A DNA stretch of 64,000 bases from NCBI GenBank assembly GCA_047601445.1, contig JASGJH010000001.1:5312001-5376000 (forward strand), written 5' to 3'. Below the pieces are notes generated by a model. That model saw only the letters and a program-made list of their open reading frames with translations, was not told the origin of the DNA and did not search any database. Below are positions 9,749 through 20,478 of this stretch, piece after piece (the first letter of the stretch is position 1; each line of letters begins with the position of its first letter). A program made the translations under genes and the position numbers. This DNA is from Myxococcales bacterium (GTDB lineage: Bacteria; Myxococcota_A; Polyangia; Polyangiales; DASUME01).

Positions 9749-10201
9749 ATGCCAAAGCAATCGATCATCGGCTTCCATCAGGACGAAGAGGGCGTGTGGG
9801 TGGCGGATCTCGCCTGCGGTCATGGCCAGCACGTGCGGCACGCGCCGCCCTTCCAAAACCGGCCCTGGGTGAACGATGAGGGCGAGCGCGCGCAGAAGCT
9901 CGGCACCGAGCTGGAGTGCCAACTCTGCAACATGGCCACGCTGCCCCCGGGACTCTCGGTCTACAAGCGAACCGACACCTTCACGGAACTCACGGTTCCA
10001 GAGGGCCTCTTGCGCGATCATCGTACCAAGCCCGAGGTCTGGGCTGAGATCGTGGTGGAAGAAGGGCGCCTCGAGTACACGTGCGCGCAAGGCATTTTTG
10101 TACTGCGCCCGGGAGTCGTCGGGATCGTCGAGCCAGCCCAGCCCCACCACGTGCGCCCGCTCGGCCAGGTTCGCTTTCACGTGCGGTTCTTGCGAGCTTG
10201 A
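9749..10201 (+). CDS. DUF3565 Zn-ribbon fused to a DUF1971/TehB-N-like cupin
   Basis: IIGFHQDEEGVWVADLACGHGQHVRHxPP..RPWV..CxxC, then YKRTDTFT..VPEGLLRDHRTK.VW..PHHV. Confidence 0.85.
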   Translation: MPKQSIIGFHQDEEGVWVADLACGHGQHVRHAPPFQNRPWVNDEGERAQKLGTELECQLCNMATLPPGLSVYKRTDTFTELTVPEGLLRDHRTKPEVWAEIVVEEGRLEYTCAQGIFVLRPGVVGIVEPAQPHHVRPLGQVRFHVRFLRA

Positions 10202-10429
10202 TGGATGTCATCGCAAGACAAGGGACGAGGGCCAGAGGCACGGCCCCTGCGATGACCACGACGCCGAGTACGACGAGACTGCGCCCACAACCCCCTCTTG
10301 GCATGCCGTAGCCGTCGACTGGCAGCCTAGGCTAGTTGCGGGCGCTCGTCGGATGCACGACAAGTGGGGAAGACGGTGCTCGATGGGCCGCCCAGGCGTG
10401 TGTTCGTCTCGAAAGGGCGACGGCAGTAA

Positions 10430-11911
10430 ATGCATCAGGTGCTGATCATCGGAAGTGGCTTTGGCGGGTTGTGTGCTGCCATCGGCCTCGAGCGGCTCGG
10501 TATCACCGACTTTCGGATCCTCGAACGGCGCAGCTTCATGGGCGGAACCTGGGCTCAGAACCACTATCCCGGCGCCGCGGTGGACGTGCAATCCCCGCTC
10601 TACTCGCTGTCCTTCGAGCCGCACGCGTGGACGCAGATGTTCGCCGCACAAGAGGAGCTCCAGAGCTACACGGAGCACGTGATCGCGAAGTACGGTCTGC
10701 GTCAGAAGACCGAGTTGGGTGCCGAGGTGCGGCGGATCGAGTGGGACGAAGTGCGCTCGTCGTGGCGCGTGGTCACGCGCGATCGGGGAGCCTTCGAGGC
10801 CCGCTTCGTGATCAATGCATCGGGTCCGTTGAGCACGCCCGTGATTCCGCGCTTTCCCGGGCGTGACACCTTCGAGGGGCCCTCGTTTCATACCGGTGAC
10901 TGGCGCCACGACATCGCGCTGAAGGGCAAGCGCGTGGCCATCATCGGAAGTGGTGCCAGCGCCGCCCAGGTGATCCCTGCCATCGCCTCCGAGGTCGGGC
11001 ACCTGCATGTGTTTCAGCGCACGCCGCACTGGGTGTTGCCGCGCCCGGACCATGTGTTCACTCCCCTCGAGCGCCGGCTGCTGGCCAATCGCACGGCCCA
11101 TCGCTTGCTGCGGACGGCCATTTACTGCCAGCTCGAGACCCGGGTTCTGGGATTCAAGTACTCGAAGACCCTGCTCAACCAGTTCGCCCGGAAGAAGGCC
11201 CTGGCGCACTTGCGCGCTCGTGTACCGGACCCCGAACTGCGTCGCAAGCTCACACCCGATTTCACCATCGGCTGCAAGCGCATCATCCTGTCGAACACCC
11301 TGTATCCTGCGCTCTGTCGTCCGAATGTGAGCGTGCACGACCGTACCCAGGGCATTGCAGAGATCACGCAGCGTGGTGTTCGCACGGCGTCGGGAGTGGA
11401 ACTCGAGCTCGACGCCATCATCTACGCGACCGGCTACGACGCGACCGATGGCGTGATCTCCTACCCGGTGATTGGACGTGGCGGGCAAAGCATCGCCGAC
11501 TTCTGGCGCGAGTTCCCGCGAGCCTATCTGGGCACCACGCTTCCTGGGTTTCCGAACTTGTTCATCGTCACGGGCCCCAATACGGGTATCGGGCACGCCT
11601 CGGCTCTGTTCATCATCGAGTCGCAGATGAACTACATCATGCAGAGCATCCGGAGTGCCCGCGAGCAAGGGGCTCTCTCCGTGGAAGTCTTGCCTGCGGC
11701 CGAGGCCGTTTACACCACGATGGTGCATCGAGAGATGCAGCGCACCGTGTGGCAATCCGGCGGCTGCCAGAGCTGGTACAAGAGCAAGAGCGGGCATGTG
11801 GTGGCCATGTTTCCTGGCTTCAGCTTCACCTACCGCCGGCTCAGCCAGCGCTTCAAGCGGGAGGACCATCGCTTTCTCATGAGGGCAGCGGGCGCTACCG
11901 ACGCGGCATGA
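10430..11911 (+). CDS. Baeyer-Villiger/flavin-containing monooxygenase
   Basis: GSGFGG, GGTWxxNxYPG, FHTGDW fingerprint, GSGASA, ATGY. Confidence 0.92.
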   Translation: MHQVLIIGSGFGGLCAAIGLERLGITDFRILERRSFMGGTWAQNHYPGAAVDVQSPLYSLSFEPHAWTQMFAAQEELQSYTEHVIAKYGLRQKTELGAEVRRIEWDEVRSSWRVVTRDRGAFEARFVINASGPLSTPVIPRFPGRDTFEGPSFHTGDWRHDIALKGKRVAIIGSGASAAQVIPAIASEVGHLHVFQRTPHWVLPRPDHVFTPLERRLLANRTAHRLLRTAIYCQLETRVLGFKYSKTLLNQFARKKALAHLRARVPDPELRRKLTPDFTIGCKRIILSNTLYPALCRPNVSVHDRTQGIAEITQRGVRTASGVELELDAIIYATGYDATDGVISYPVIGRGGQSIADFWREFPRAYLGTTLPGFPNLFIVTGPNTGIGHASALFIIESQMNYIMQSIRSAREQGALSVEVLPAAEAVYTTMVHREMQRTVWQSGGCQSWYKSKSGHVVAMFPGFSFTYRRLSQRFKREDHRFLMRAAGATDAA

Positions 11912-11954
11912 ATGGACACTGCCAGGCCGCTCGGACATCGTGTCATCGTGGCAC

Positions 11955-13211
11955 ATGTCGAAGGTGTTCCCTCGCTTGGTGTGGGTGCTTGCATCTTTCA
12001 TGGCAACGAGCTGTGTCGTCGCCGGCACGTCGGACAAGAGCTTCTACTCCGAACCGCCCAAAGGTCCTCCAGGCGACGACGATGCTGGAGACCACGAGGC
12101 CGGCGCTGAACCGACGGACGACGATGCCGGCAAGGACGAAGAGGACGCGAGCGGCAGCGATGGCACCGACCCCTCGGATCTGTGCCCACAGGATGTGAGC
12201 AAGACGGATCCTGGGCTCTGCGGCTGTGGGGTGCCCGACAAGGACGGGGACCAGGACGGCGTGATTGACTGTCAGGACGATTGCCCTCAAGCCGCCACGG
12301 TACCAGGCGCGCCCTGCGGCGCAGTACAGCCAGACAAAGATTGCGAGTATGCCAAGTACGGCGGTCACGCCTACTGGTTCTGCTCGAGCCAAGCCCGCAC
12401 GTTCGCCGAGGCGCGCAGCAACTGCCAGAAGGACGGCATGGACCTGGTGATCGTCGACGACGCGGCCGAGAACAACTTTCTCAAGCTGACTCTCAAGAGT
12501 GGGGATCACTGGATCGGACTCAACGACCAGGCCGTGGAGACACAGTTCCGCTGGTTCAACGGCGGACAACCTGGCTTCCGAGGGTTCGCCAGCGGGGAGG
12601 CGTCTGCGAACCGGGGCGAGAACTGTGCCGCCATGCGCGCGAACGGCGAGTGGTTCGATGTCGGCTGCGGAAGCAGCTATCGCTATGTTTGCGAGGCGCC
12701 GCCTGCCTGCGTCGTGAGCGGGGGCAGCGAAATCTGTGATGGGCTCGACAACGATTGCGACGGCACGCTCGATGAAGACGCAACGTGTGCGGTGGGCTGC
12801 GGTGGAACCGTGGTGGGCTCTCGCGTGTACCAGGTCTGCGGTGTGACTGATACCAGCAAGAAGAAAAACTTCGCCGATGCGCGCGCGGTGTGCGCCGGAA
12901 TGGGAGCCACGCTCGTGCGGGTGGACGACGCGGACGAGAACCTGCTGGTCAACGCGCTCCGGGCGGGCGAGGGCGAGATCTACCTGGGTGCATCGGACTT
13001 GCTGAGCGAGGGGAGCTGGCTCTGGGAAGACGGAACGCAGTTCTGGACCGGGACAGCCTCGGGCTCGGCGCAAGCTGGGCTCTACAACAACTGGTCCGCG
13101 GGCGGAGAACCCAACGGTGGCACGGGCGAGAACTGCGCCGAGCTGCGCGGAGACGCCAAGTGGCAAGACAACAATTGCGCGAACACAAGGGCGTTCGCCT
13201 GCGAGCGTTGA
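11955..13211 (+). CDS. Lipoprotein with two C-type lectin domains and Ca-binding Cys/Asp repeats
   Basis: ATSC lipobox-like motif; WIGLND..ENC..WFDVGC and YLGASD..EPNG..ENC..WQDNNC; DGDQDGVIDCQDDCP; EICDGLDNDCDG. Confidence 0.88.
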   Translation: MSKVFPRLVWVLASFMATSCVVAGTSDKSFYSEPPKGPPGDDDAGDHEAGAEPTDDDAGKDEEDASGSDGTDPSDLCPQDVSKTDPGLCGCGVPDKDGDQDGVIDCQDDCPQAATVPGAPCGAVQPDKDCEYAKYGGHAYWFCSSQARTFAEARSNCQKDGMDLVIVDDAAENNFLKLTLKSGDHWIGLNDQAVETQFRWFNGGQPGFRGFASGEASANRGENCAAMRANGEWFDVGCGSSYRYVCEAPPACVVSGGSEICDGLDNDCDGTLDEDATCAVGCGGTVVGSRVYQVCGVTDTSKKKNFADARAVCAGMGATLVRVDDADENLLVNALRAGEGEIYLGASDLLSEGSWLWEDGTQFWTGTASGSAQAGLYNNWSAGGEPNGGTGENCAELRGDAKWQDNNCANTRAFACER

Positions 13212-13225
13212 GAGAGGATGCCGAC

Positions 13226-14014
13226 ATGAGGACGGTCATGCGTGACCCCGGGCTAGGCGTGCGAATGCTTCGGCGACAGCTGCACGCCTGGCACGCGCGA
13301 CTGGGATCCAACGTAAAATTTCCGCTTCCGCTCACGCCGCTGCGCATGATCAAAGCGACCTTCGTGCCGCACGACTTGCACGCCTATCAGCTGCTTCTCC
13401 CGCTACGCCTGCAGATGCCAGACGAACCACGCGTGCAGCTGGAGTTTTTGGAGTCCAGCCCGGGCTGGTGCGAGGCGTCCGTCAGCCTCGCCTGCAAGCA
13501 CGGCGATAGCGAGGGTTGGTACGGACTGTACTGGCCGATCGACTCCTACGTGGGCTACAAGCTCGGACGCCTGGTAGGGTACCCCAAGCACCTGGTCCGC
13601 CGAATGCCCATGTGGGACGACGGACATGCGGTGCGAGCCCAGGTGGTTCGTGGGGGCCGCTCCGAGTTCTCGCTCGCGCTGTGCCTGAGCTCGCGAGGGG
13701 CGCCCGTATCCAGGCTCGCGCGCGGTCTGGTGGGCCCCGAACGAGAGCGCCCCTGGTATCTCCAGGTTCCTCCAGAGCAAGGGCCGAGCCTGAACCGACT
13801 CACGTACAGCGAAGTCGAGCCGCTGCAGACCCGCATCAGCTACGGCGAGCTCCAGCTGTCCGACTGCGAGCATCATCGATGGTCGAGCCTGCTGCCACGG
13901 GACGGCCGCGTGCCGGATGCGGCACTCATCGAGCGCAGCGGGCTTGGCTTTGGCTGGTTGGTGGCCAAGCAGGTCGCAGGACAACGCACTGGCTACCTGG
14001 CGATTCAGCCCTGA
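13226..14014 (+). CDS. Acetoacetate decarboxylase-like protein
   Basis: LLLPLRLQMP..EASVSLAC..GRLVGYPK (family Lys motif); lies between two co-oriented genes with short gaps. Confidence 0.65.
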   Translation: MRTVMRDPGLGVRMLRRQLHAWHARLGSNVKFPLPLTPLRMIKATFVPHDLHAYQLLLPLRLQMPDEPRVQLEFLESSPGWCEASVSLACKHGDSEGWYGLYWPIDSYVGYKLGRLVGYPKHLVRRMPMWDDGHAVRAQVVRGGRSEFSLALCLSSRGAPVSRLARGLVGPERERPWYLQVPPEQGPSLNRLTYSEVEPLQTRISYGELQLSDCEHHRWSSLLPRDGRVPDAALIERSGLGFGWLVAKQVAGQRTGYLAIQP

Positions 14015-14022
14015 GGTACGAC

Positions 14023-15459
14023 ATGCACGAGCAGCGATTGGCGCGTGAACAGCAGTGGATCGGTCGAACTGTGCGCGGGAGCGAGGGCAATCCGATTGCG
14101 GACGCCGTGCAGGGCTTGCGCGCCACCTTCGAACGCGAGCGAACACGACCGTACGCGTGGCGGCGCCGGCAGCTGCAGCAACTCCTGGAGCTGCTGCGAC
14201 GCGAGGAGGCACAGATCCTCGAGGCCTTGGCGCTCGACCTAGGCAAACCCCGACTCGAAGCCTACACGGCCGAGATCGGCGATACAGCGGCCGGCATCCG
14301 CTATCTGCTCAAGCACTTGAAGTCGTGGCTGAAGCCGGTCCGAACGAGCAGCGGTCTCGCGGGCTTTCCCGGCAAGAGCTTCGTGCAGGCGGAGCCGCTG
14401 GGCGTGGTGCTGGTGATCGCGCCTTGGAATTACCCGTTCTCGTCGGTCGTGGCGCCCCTCGCGGGCGCCCTGGCCGCCGGCAACTGCGTGTTGGCGAAGC
14501 CCTCCGAGGTCGCTGCAGCCACCAGTCAGCTGCTCGCACGTCTGTTGCCCAAGTATCTCGATCCGGAGGCCGTCAAGGTCATCGAGGGCGGCGTGCCGGA
14601 GACCACGCAGCTACTCGCGCTACGATTCGATCATATCTTCTACACCGGGAATGGACAGGTGGGGCGCGTCGTGATGGCCGCGGCCGCCAAGCACCTGACG
14701 CCGGTGACGCTTGAGCTCGGCGGCAAGAGTCCGTGCATCGTCGACGCTGAAGCCAACCTCGAAATAGCGGCCAAGCGCGTCGTGTGGGCCAAATTCTACA
14801 ACTGCGGCCAGACCTGTGTGGCCCCCGACTATCTGCTGGCGCACCAAGACGTATACGAGCGACTCCTGCCGCTCCTCGCGCGCACGATCCGTGAGTTCTG
14901 GGGAGCCAATCCCCAGCTCAGCGACGACTTCGGACGCATCGTCAACGCGCGCCATCACCAACGCTTGATGACGTTGATGCGGGGCGCCGGGCGCATCCTG
15001 GTGGGCGGCCAAGCCAGCGAACAGGAGCGCTACATCGCGCCCACTCTCTTGGTGGACGTGCCGGAGCACGCGCCGCTGATGCAGGAAGAGATCTTCGGGC
15101 CGCTGTTGCCAATTCTGCCCGTGGCCAGCCTCGAGCACGCGATCTCGTTCGTCAATCAGCGTCCCAAGCCGCTCGCGCTCTACCTGTTCTCCTCGGACCG
15201 GCGGGCGGCAGAACACGTGCGAGCGCGCACCTGCTCCGGCGGTCTGGTGATCAATCACGCCCTGGTCCACCTCTCGGTTCACTCGTTGCCCTTTGGCGGC
15301 GTTGGCGAGAGCGGCATGGGCGCCTTTCATGGCAAGTACTCGTTCGACACCTTCAGTCACCAGCGCGCGGTGCTGCAAAAGCCCACATTTTTGGAGACGG
15401 ATTTGCTGTATCCGCCCTACACGGCCCAGAAGGAGAGCTGGATCCGTCGCTTTCTCTGA
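14023..15459 (+). CDS. Aldehyde dehydrogenase (ALDH3/fatty aldehyde type)
   Basis: PWNYP, KPSE, FYTGNG, TLELGGKSP, GQTCVAPDY, EEIFGP, PFGGVGESG. Confidence 0.95.
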   Translation: MHEQRLAREQQWIGRTVRGSEGNPIADAVQGLRATFERERTRPYAWRRRQLQQLLELLRREEAQILEALALDLGKPRLEAYTAEIGDTAAGIRYLLKHLKSWLKPVRTSSGLAGFPGKSFVQAEPLGVVLVIAPWNYPFSSVVAPLAGALAAGNCVLAKPSEVAAATSQLLARLLPKYLDPEAVKVIEGGVPETTQLLALRFDHIFYTGNGQVGRVVMAAAAKHLTPVTLELGGKSPCIVDAEANLEIAAKRVVWAKFYNCGQTCVAPDYLLAHQDVYERLLPLLARTIREFWGANPQLSDDFGRIVNARHHQRLMTLMRGAGRILVGGQASEQERYIAPTLLVDVPEHAPLMQEEIFGPLLPILPVASLEHAISFVNQRPKPLALYLFSSDRRAAEHVRARTCSGGLVINHALVHLSVHSLPFGGVGESGMGAFHGKYSFDTFSHQRAVLQKPTFLETDLLYPPYTAQKESWIRRFL

Positions 15460-15469
15460 GCGGGTCCGC

Positions 15470-17161
15470 TCACTCGGCGGCGTCGGCCAGGTCGCTCAAC
15501 ACCACCGCTTCGTAGGGTTCGAGTCGAACGGCCTCCGGGGTCGACTCGTGCGCAACCCGTAAGCTCGAGAACAGATGCCCGGGGCGCTGGGCGAGGCGGA
15601 GCGTGGCCGGCCGCGTGGATGCGTTGAAGTACACGTCGACGTTCTCCTCTCCATGCCGACGCCGATAGCCAAACACCTGGGATGGCAGGTCCGCACGCGA
15701 GAACAGCGAGAGCTCCCCCTGCTGCAAAGCGCGGCTGCGCTTGCGCAGGGCGAGCAAACCTCGGTAGGTCTGGAGCAGAGAGTCTGGTTGGGCACGCTGC
15801 GCAGCCACGTTGACCTGCTCCGAGCTCGCATGGACGGGGAGCCACGGCTTCGCCAGCGAGGGGCAGAAGCCCGCGTTGGGCCCGTCCGTCCACTGCATCG
15901 GCAAGCGACATTCGTCACGGTTGAGCTGTAGACCTCGCTGCGACAGCACGCGCGCCAGGAACTCGGGCACGCGACGATTGCGCTGCGCGAGCGGGTCCAG
16001 TCCCGAACCCAGCAGCAGGCGGCTGTGGCGCATGCCGATCTCCTCGCCATAGTAGATGAAGGGAACGCCGCGCGCGGTGAGTTGCAGGGTCGCGAGCAGA
16101 CGTGCCTTGCGCAGGTCGTCCCCCAGGCGGTGCAGCATGCGTGGCCGATCGTGGTTGCTGAACACCCAGGTGGGCAAGAAGGGCTCGGGGAAGACGCGCT
16201 CGAACTCTTCCACCAGCGAGTGCAGCGAGTCACGCGTGACGGACGCGCGCATGCTCTTGAACAGGAAGACCAGGTGCAGGCCGTCCGCCTGATCACCGCA
16301 GTAGCGCCGCACCGAGTCCGGACTGCCGAAGACCTCCCCCACCAGGAAGCGCGGTGGATCTTGGAACTCATCCACGACGCCTCGTAGCTCGCGCGCAAAG
16401 CGCAGGGTGTCGGCGTGGTCGATGGTGTGGAGGTGGTGCTGGAAGAAGCCGTCCGGGTTGTCCTCGGCGGGCAAGAAGCGTAGCGAGAAGGGATTGTCGT
16501 GGAAGCCCGAGTCCTTGTAGATGGCGTTGAAGATGTCGAGACGGAAGCCGTCGACCCCGAGCGCCAGCCAGTGCCGAACGATGCCGAGCATCATGGCCTT
16601 GACCTCGGGGTTGCGATAGTTGAGGTCGGGCTGGAAGGGCAGGAAGCTGGCCCAATACCACTGTTCGGTCGCGGCGTCGTACTGCCAGCCGGTGCCACCC
16701 AGCATGCACTGCCAGTTGTTCGGCGGCGCACGACCACCCGGGTCGCGCCCGTCACGCCAGATGTACCAGTCCCGCTTGGGGTTTTGGCGCGTGGCGCGTG
16801 ATTCGAGAAACCACGCATGCTGGTTCGATGTGTGATTCATCACCATGTCGAACACGATCTTCATGCCGCGCGCGTGGACCTCCGCGATCAAGCGGCCCAG
16901 GTCAGCCTCCGAGCCGTACTCGGGCGAGACGCTGAGATAGTCGCTGATGTCGTAGCCGAAGTCCGCCTGCGGGCTCGCGAAGAACGGTGAGATCCAGAGC
17001 GTCTCCACCCCCAGGTCGTGCAGGTAGTCGAGCCGCTCGATGATGCCCGCCAGATCGCCGATGCCGTCGCCATTCTGATCGGCGAAGGAGCGGGGATAGA
17101 TCTGGTACACGGTGGTGCGTCGCCACCAGGGGACATCGGGTTTGGAGTTGGATGTGGACAT
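15470..17161 (-). CDS. GH13 alpha-glucosidase/oligo-1,6-glucosidase
   Basis: YQIYPRSF.D.NGDGIGDL, DMVMNHTS, QPDLN, GVDGFRLD, SNHD, YYGEEIGM. Confidence 0.95.
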   Translation of the reverse strand: MSTSNSKPDVPWWRRTTVYQIYPRSFADQNGDGIGDLAGIIERLDYLHDLGVETLWISPFFASPQADFGYDISDYLSVSPEYGSEADLGRLIAEVHARGMKIVFDMVMNHTSNQHAWFLESRATRQNPKRDWYIWRDGRDPGGRAPPNNWQCMLGGTGWQYDAATEQWYWASFLPFQPDLNYRNPEVKAMMLGIVRHWLALGVDGFRLDIFNAIYKDSGFHDNPFSLRFLPAEDNPDGFFQHHLHTIDHADTLRFARELRGVVDEFQDPPRFLVGEVFGSPDSVRRYCGDQADGLHLVFLFKSMRASVTRDSLHSLVEEFERVFPEPFLPTWVFSNHDRPRMLHRLGDDLRKARLLATLQLTARGVPFIYYGEEIGMRHSRLLLGSGLDPLAQRNRRVPEFLARVLSQRGLQLNRDECRLPMQWTDGPNAGFCPSLAKPWLPVHASSEQVNVAAQRAQPDSLLQTYRGLLALRKRSRALQQGELSLFSRADLPSQVFGYRRRHGEENVDVYFNASTRPATLRLAQRPGHLFSSLRVAHESTPEAVRLEPYEAVVLSDLADAAE

Positions 17162-17212
17162 GGCGTGAGATCGAATTCGCACGTTTTGCGCGCGCCGTGG
17201 TGAGCCCGAGCG

Positions 17213-19612
17213 ATGCGGATCCGGGGATGGCAGCGCGGGACACTGCAACACGGCTCATTGGCATACGAAAACCAGCACGTGACCCCACTCGAGCAAACCG
17301 AAGCGATCACGCGACAGGCACTCGGTATTCCCCAGGATGCCACGCGCGTACTCATCCTGGGCGAGTCGAGTCACTGGGATCCGAATTGGCTGCTTACTTC
17401 GAAGGAGTACTACGGCCTGGTGGTGCGACGCATTCTGGACCGCGCACTGCGCGAGCTCGAGCGCCAGCCGCGCCGGGTCTACTCACTCGAGAGCATTTTC
17501 TTTTTGGCCATGTACTGGGAGCGCAACCCGGGACGTCACGAGCAGATACGCGAGTTGCTCAACAGCGGGCGCCTTCGGCTCACGGGCAGCGCCGTGACCA
17601 CGCCGGACACCCTGGTGACCCATCCGGAGCTGGTGCTGCGAGACTACCTGTGTGGTCAAGAGTGGCTGCGGGCTCGCGGCATCTCCTGTGAACCGCGCAT
17701 CGCGTATCTGCCAGATTCGTTCGGGCACTCGCCGGCGCTCCCAACCCTGCTCAACGCCGCTGGCGTGACGGGGGCGTGCTTCGCGCGGCTCGACGGCATG
17801 TACTACCCGGGCTGCGACGCGCGCCCCAGGGATGAGTTTCCGCTGCCAGGTTCGAGTGCCGAAGCCTTGTTGAAGCAGCATCGAAGTCTCGATTTCGTCT
17901 GGACGCGCCCCGACGGAAGCAAGCTTCTCACGCACTGGAATGCGTTCACCTATGGCCAGGGCGACCTGCTGGCGCACCGGGGTCTCGCGCGCTGGATGAT
18001 GCTGCCCTTGGCGGTTCCCGCGCGCAAGCCTCACCAGGTGGCCCAACGCATCGAGCAGTACGTGCGTGAACTGAGTCCGCTGAGCAGGACGCCCTATCTA
18101 TTTTGTCCGATCGGATTCGACTTCGTCGATCCCATCCGGGACCTCGTCGATCTCGTGGATGAGTACAACCGCAGCTCCTACCCCGCTTCGGGCACCTGGG
18201 TCGTGAATGCCGGTCTCGACGACTACCTGCGGCTCCTCGCGCATCACGAAGCGGAGCTACCGCGACTGGAGCTCGATCCCAACCCGACCTTCATGGGGTT
18301 CTACACCACGCGCTGGGCGTTGAAGCAGAAGTACCACGCCCTCGCGCGCGACCTGCTCGAGCTCGAGGCGCGCAGCAACGAGGAGGCGCTGGCACCGGGC
18401 CACGCGGAACAGCTCTGGTACCGGATGAGTGTAGCCAACCACCATGATTTCGTGACCGGAACCTCGCCCGAGCGTGTGTACCGCGCCGAACAGCTGCCGT
18501 GGCTCGATCAACTCGGCGATGAGGTCCGGCGTGAGCTGGCTGCGCTGGCGAGCGCAAACGTCCGACCCCCGTTGCGCGCTCCGGCTCAGGTGTCGCCAAG
18601 CGAGGGACGCGTGCGTTGCAAGCTCGAGCGCGGGGTCTTGCGCGTGAGCACTCCGAGTCTGTGCCTGGTGCTGGAGGAGTGCGCCGGCGGCGTGCTCAGC
18701 GAGTGTTGGGACCCAGCCACGGGCAAGCCCTTGCTCGGCCCCGATGCACTCCAGTTCGCCGTCTACGACGACAGCGGAGGCGGCTGGCGCATGGGACACG
18801 AGCTCGCGGGAGGGGTCTTCCGAGAGCGCAAACTACGTGATGATTTTGCGCAGCTGACGGTCACGGAGATCGAGGGCGCGGTGGTCGCCACCTTTCACTC
18901 CACCCTCGAGGTCAAGCCAGCCCAGCGCGTGATTCGCATCGATGCCACGCGACCGCGGATCGAGATCAGAACCCTGGTCGCAGCGCCCGCCGCCAGCAGC
19001 GTGGTGCTGAGACTACCCTCCATCGAGCGGGCGAGCGGGCTGCAGATGGACGTGCCCGGCGGTGTCGTGAGGCGAGCGGGCCAGCGCCTGTACGGGCCCA
19101 CGTTCTGGTGCGCGTCGAGCTTCGTGAGCCTGGAGAATCTCCGGCTCGAGCTGGGCATCCCGTCGGCCGTGGCGCTCGGTACGAATGGCGTGCTCGAATG
19201 TATCGTCGCGCGCAACGCGGCGCTCGAGCGGGTGCATGGTTGGCAACCTCTGATCGGATTTCCAGCCCGAATTCCCCAAGCAGCGCAGCAGCGCTTCGAC
19301 GCTACCCTGCTACTCGGGCCGGCCTCCGACGAGCCGGCACGCGAGCTGGTGCGGGGCTGCGTGCGCGTGGAAGGCGCTTCGGATCCGGTGCAGATCATGG
19401 CCGTGAAGCCGGCCTGGCGTGGTGCCGGAACCATCGTGCGCATGGCCAATCACGGCGCCGTCCAGCAAGCGACCGTCCGCTTCACCTCCGGTGCGCTCCG
19501 CGAGGCGCGCCTGTGCGACGCTCTGGAGCGGGATCGGGCGCAGCTCCCGACCAGTCAGGGACGCCTCGAGCTGCAGCTGGCGCCCGGCATCACCACACTC
19601 AGGTTGATCTGA
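17213..19612 (+). CDS. GH38 alpha-mannosidase-like glycoside hydrolase
   Basis: SHWDPNWL, YLPDSFGHS, HHDFVTGTS; start may be GTG 17280. Confidence 0.8.
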   Translation: MRIRGWQRGTLQHGSLAYENQHVTPLEQTEAITRQALGIPQDATRVLILGESSHWDPNWLLTSKEYYGLVVRRILDRALRELERQPRRVYSLESIFFLAMYWERNPGRHEQIRELLNSGRLRLTGSAVTTPDTLVTHPELVLRDYLCGQEWLRARGISCEPRIAYLPDSFGHSPALPTLLNAAGVTGACFARLDGMYYPGCDARPRDEFPLPGSSAEALLKQHRSLDFVWTRPDGSKLLTHWNAFTYGQGDLLAHRGLARWMMLPLAVPARKPHQVAQRIEQYVRELSPLSRTPYLFCPIGFDFVDPIRDLVDLVDEYNRSSYPASGTWVVNAGLDDYLRLLAHHEAELPRLELDPNPTFMGFYTTRWALKQKYHALARDLLELEARSNEEALAPGHAEQLWYRMSVANHHDFVTGTSPERVYRAEQLPWLDQLGDEVRRELAALASANVRPPLRAPAQVSPSEGRVRCKLERGVLRVSTPSLCLVLEECAGGVLSECWDPATGKPLLGPDALQFAVYDDSGGGWRMGHELAGGVFRERKLRDDFAQLTVTEIEGAVVATFHSTLEVKPAQRVIRIDATRPRIEIRTLVAAPAASSVVLRLPSIERASGLQMDVPGGVVRRAGQRLYGPTFWCASSFVSLENLRLELGIPSAVALGTNGVLECIVARNAALERVHGWQPLIGFPARIPQAAQQRFDATLLLGPASDEPARELVRGCVRVEGASDPVQIMAVKPAWRGAGTIVRMANHGAVQQATVRFTSGALREARLCDALERDRAQLPTSQGRLELQLAPGITTLRLI

Positions 19613-20477
19613 GCGCGTGGTCTTGCATCGCCAGCGCGAAAGCACCACACAGGCCAGCAGGCAGCGCGAGACCAGGTGCCACCAGGTAGCGTTCGACCGC
19701 GGGCCACCTGAGCTCTGCACGGGACACATAGCCCGCCAGGGACTGCACCAGAGCCTGCTGCGTCTGTTGCAACAGACCCGGACGCTCGAGGACACCGCCC
19801 CCCAGCACGATGCGCCGCGGTGAATAGGCGAGCACTATGGCGTGCAGCAACTCTGCGAGCGTGTCCGCCACTCGCCTCCAGATCGGGTGCTCGGAACTCA
19901 GCGCCTCGGGCGCCTGACCGGTGCGTTCGCGCAGCGCAGGCGCCGAGATCAGGCCCTCCACGCAAGCGCCGTGGAACGGACAGTGGCCGCGGAACGTGCG
20001 GTCCGTGCTGCGCATGTGGCCGAGCTCCGGGTGCATCAAGCCGTGCAGGGGACGCTGTCCGATCACGACGCCGACCCCTACGCCGGTGCCCACGGTGACA
20101 TAGACCGCAGGATCGGCGTCACGCAAGGCTCCCCAACGCTGCTCCGCGAGGGCCGCCGCATTGACGTCGGTGTCGATGGTCACCGGGATGTCGAGCGCAG
20201 CGTCAAGGCGCGCTCGCAGCGGAAAGCCGGACCAACCGTGCTTGGGTGACACGAGGAGCGAGCCATGGCTTGGCCCCGGTGTCAGATCGAGCGGACCGAA
20301 GGTGGCTACACCTAGTCCACGCAGCTGGGCTCCGAAAGGCTCGAAGAACTCCAGTATGTCGCGCAGAGTGGACTCGGGGTCCGACGTGCTCACCCGCCGC
20401 CGAGCGATCACATGTTCGTGGTCGCGACCCACGGCGCACAGAAACTTGGTCCCACCTCCCTCGATGGCTCCCCACAC
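19599..20477 (-). CDS. ROK-family sugar kinase (fructokinase-like)
   Basis: IEGGGTKF, FGPLDL, DTDVNAAALAE, TVGTGVG, HPELGH, CPFHGAC; GTG start immediately after the upstream stop. Confidence 0.9.
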   Translation of the reverse strand: MWGAIEGGGTKFLCAVGRDHEHVIARRRVSTSDPESTLRDILEFFEPFGAQLRGLGVATFGPLDLTPGPSHGSLLVSPKHGWSGFPLRARLDAALDIPVTIDTDVNAAALAEQRWGALRDADPAVYVTVGTGVGVGVVIGQRPLHGLMHPELGHMRSTDRTFRGHCPFHGACVEGLISAPALRERTGQAPEALSSEHPIWRRVADTLAELLHAIVLAYSPRRIVLGGGVLERPGLLQQTQQALVQSLAGYVSRAELRWPAVERYLVAPGLALPAGLCGAFALAMQDHALRST

Positions 20478-20478
20478 C

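Noticed and set aside
9614..10180. N-terminal extension of the 753-aa AspT ORF
   Set aside because: It is the antisense shadow of the DUF3565/cupin gene; a strong RBS marks the real start at 9613.
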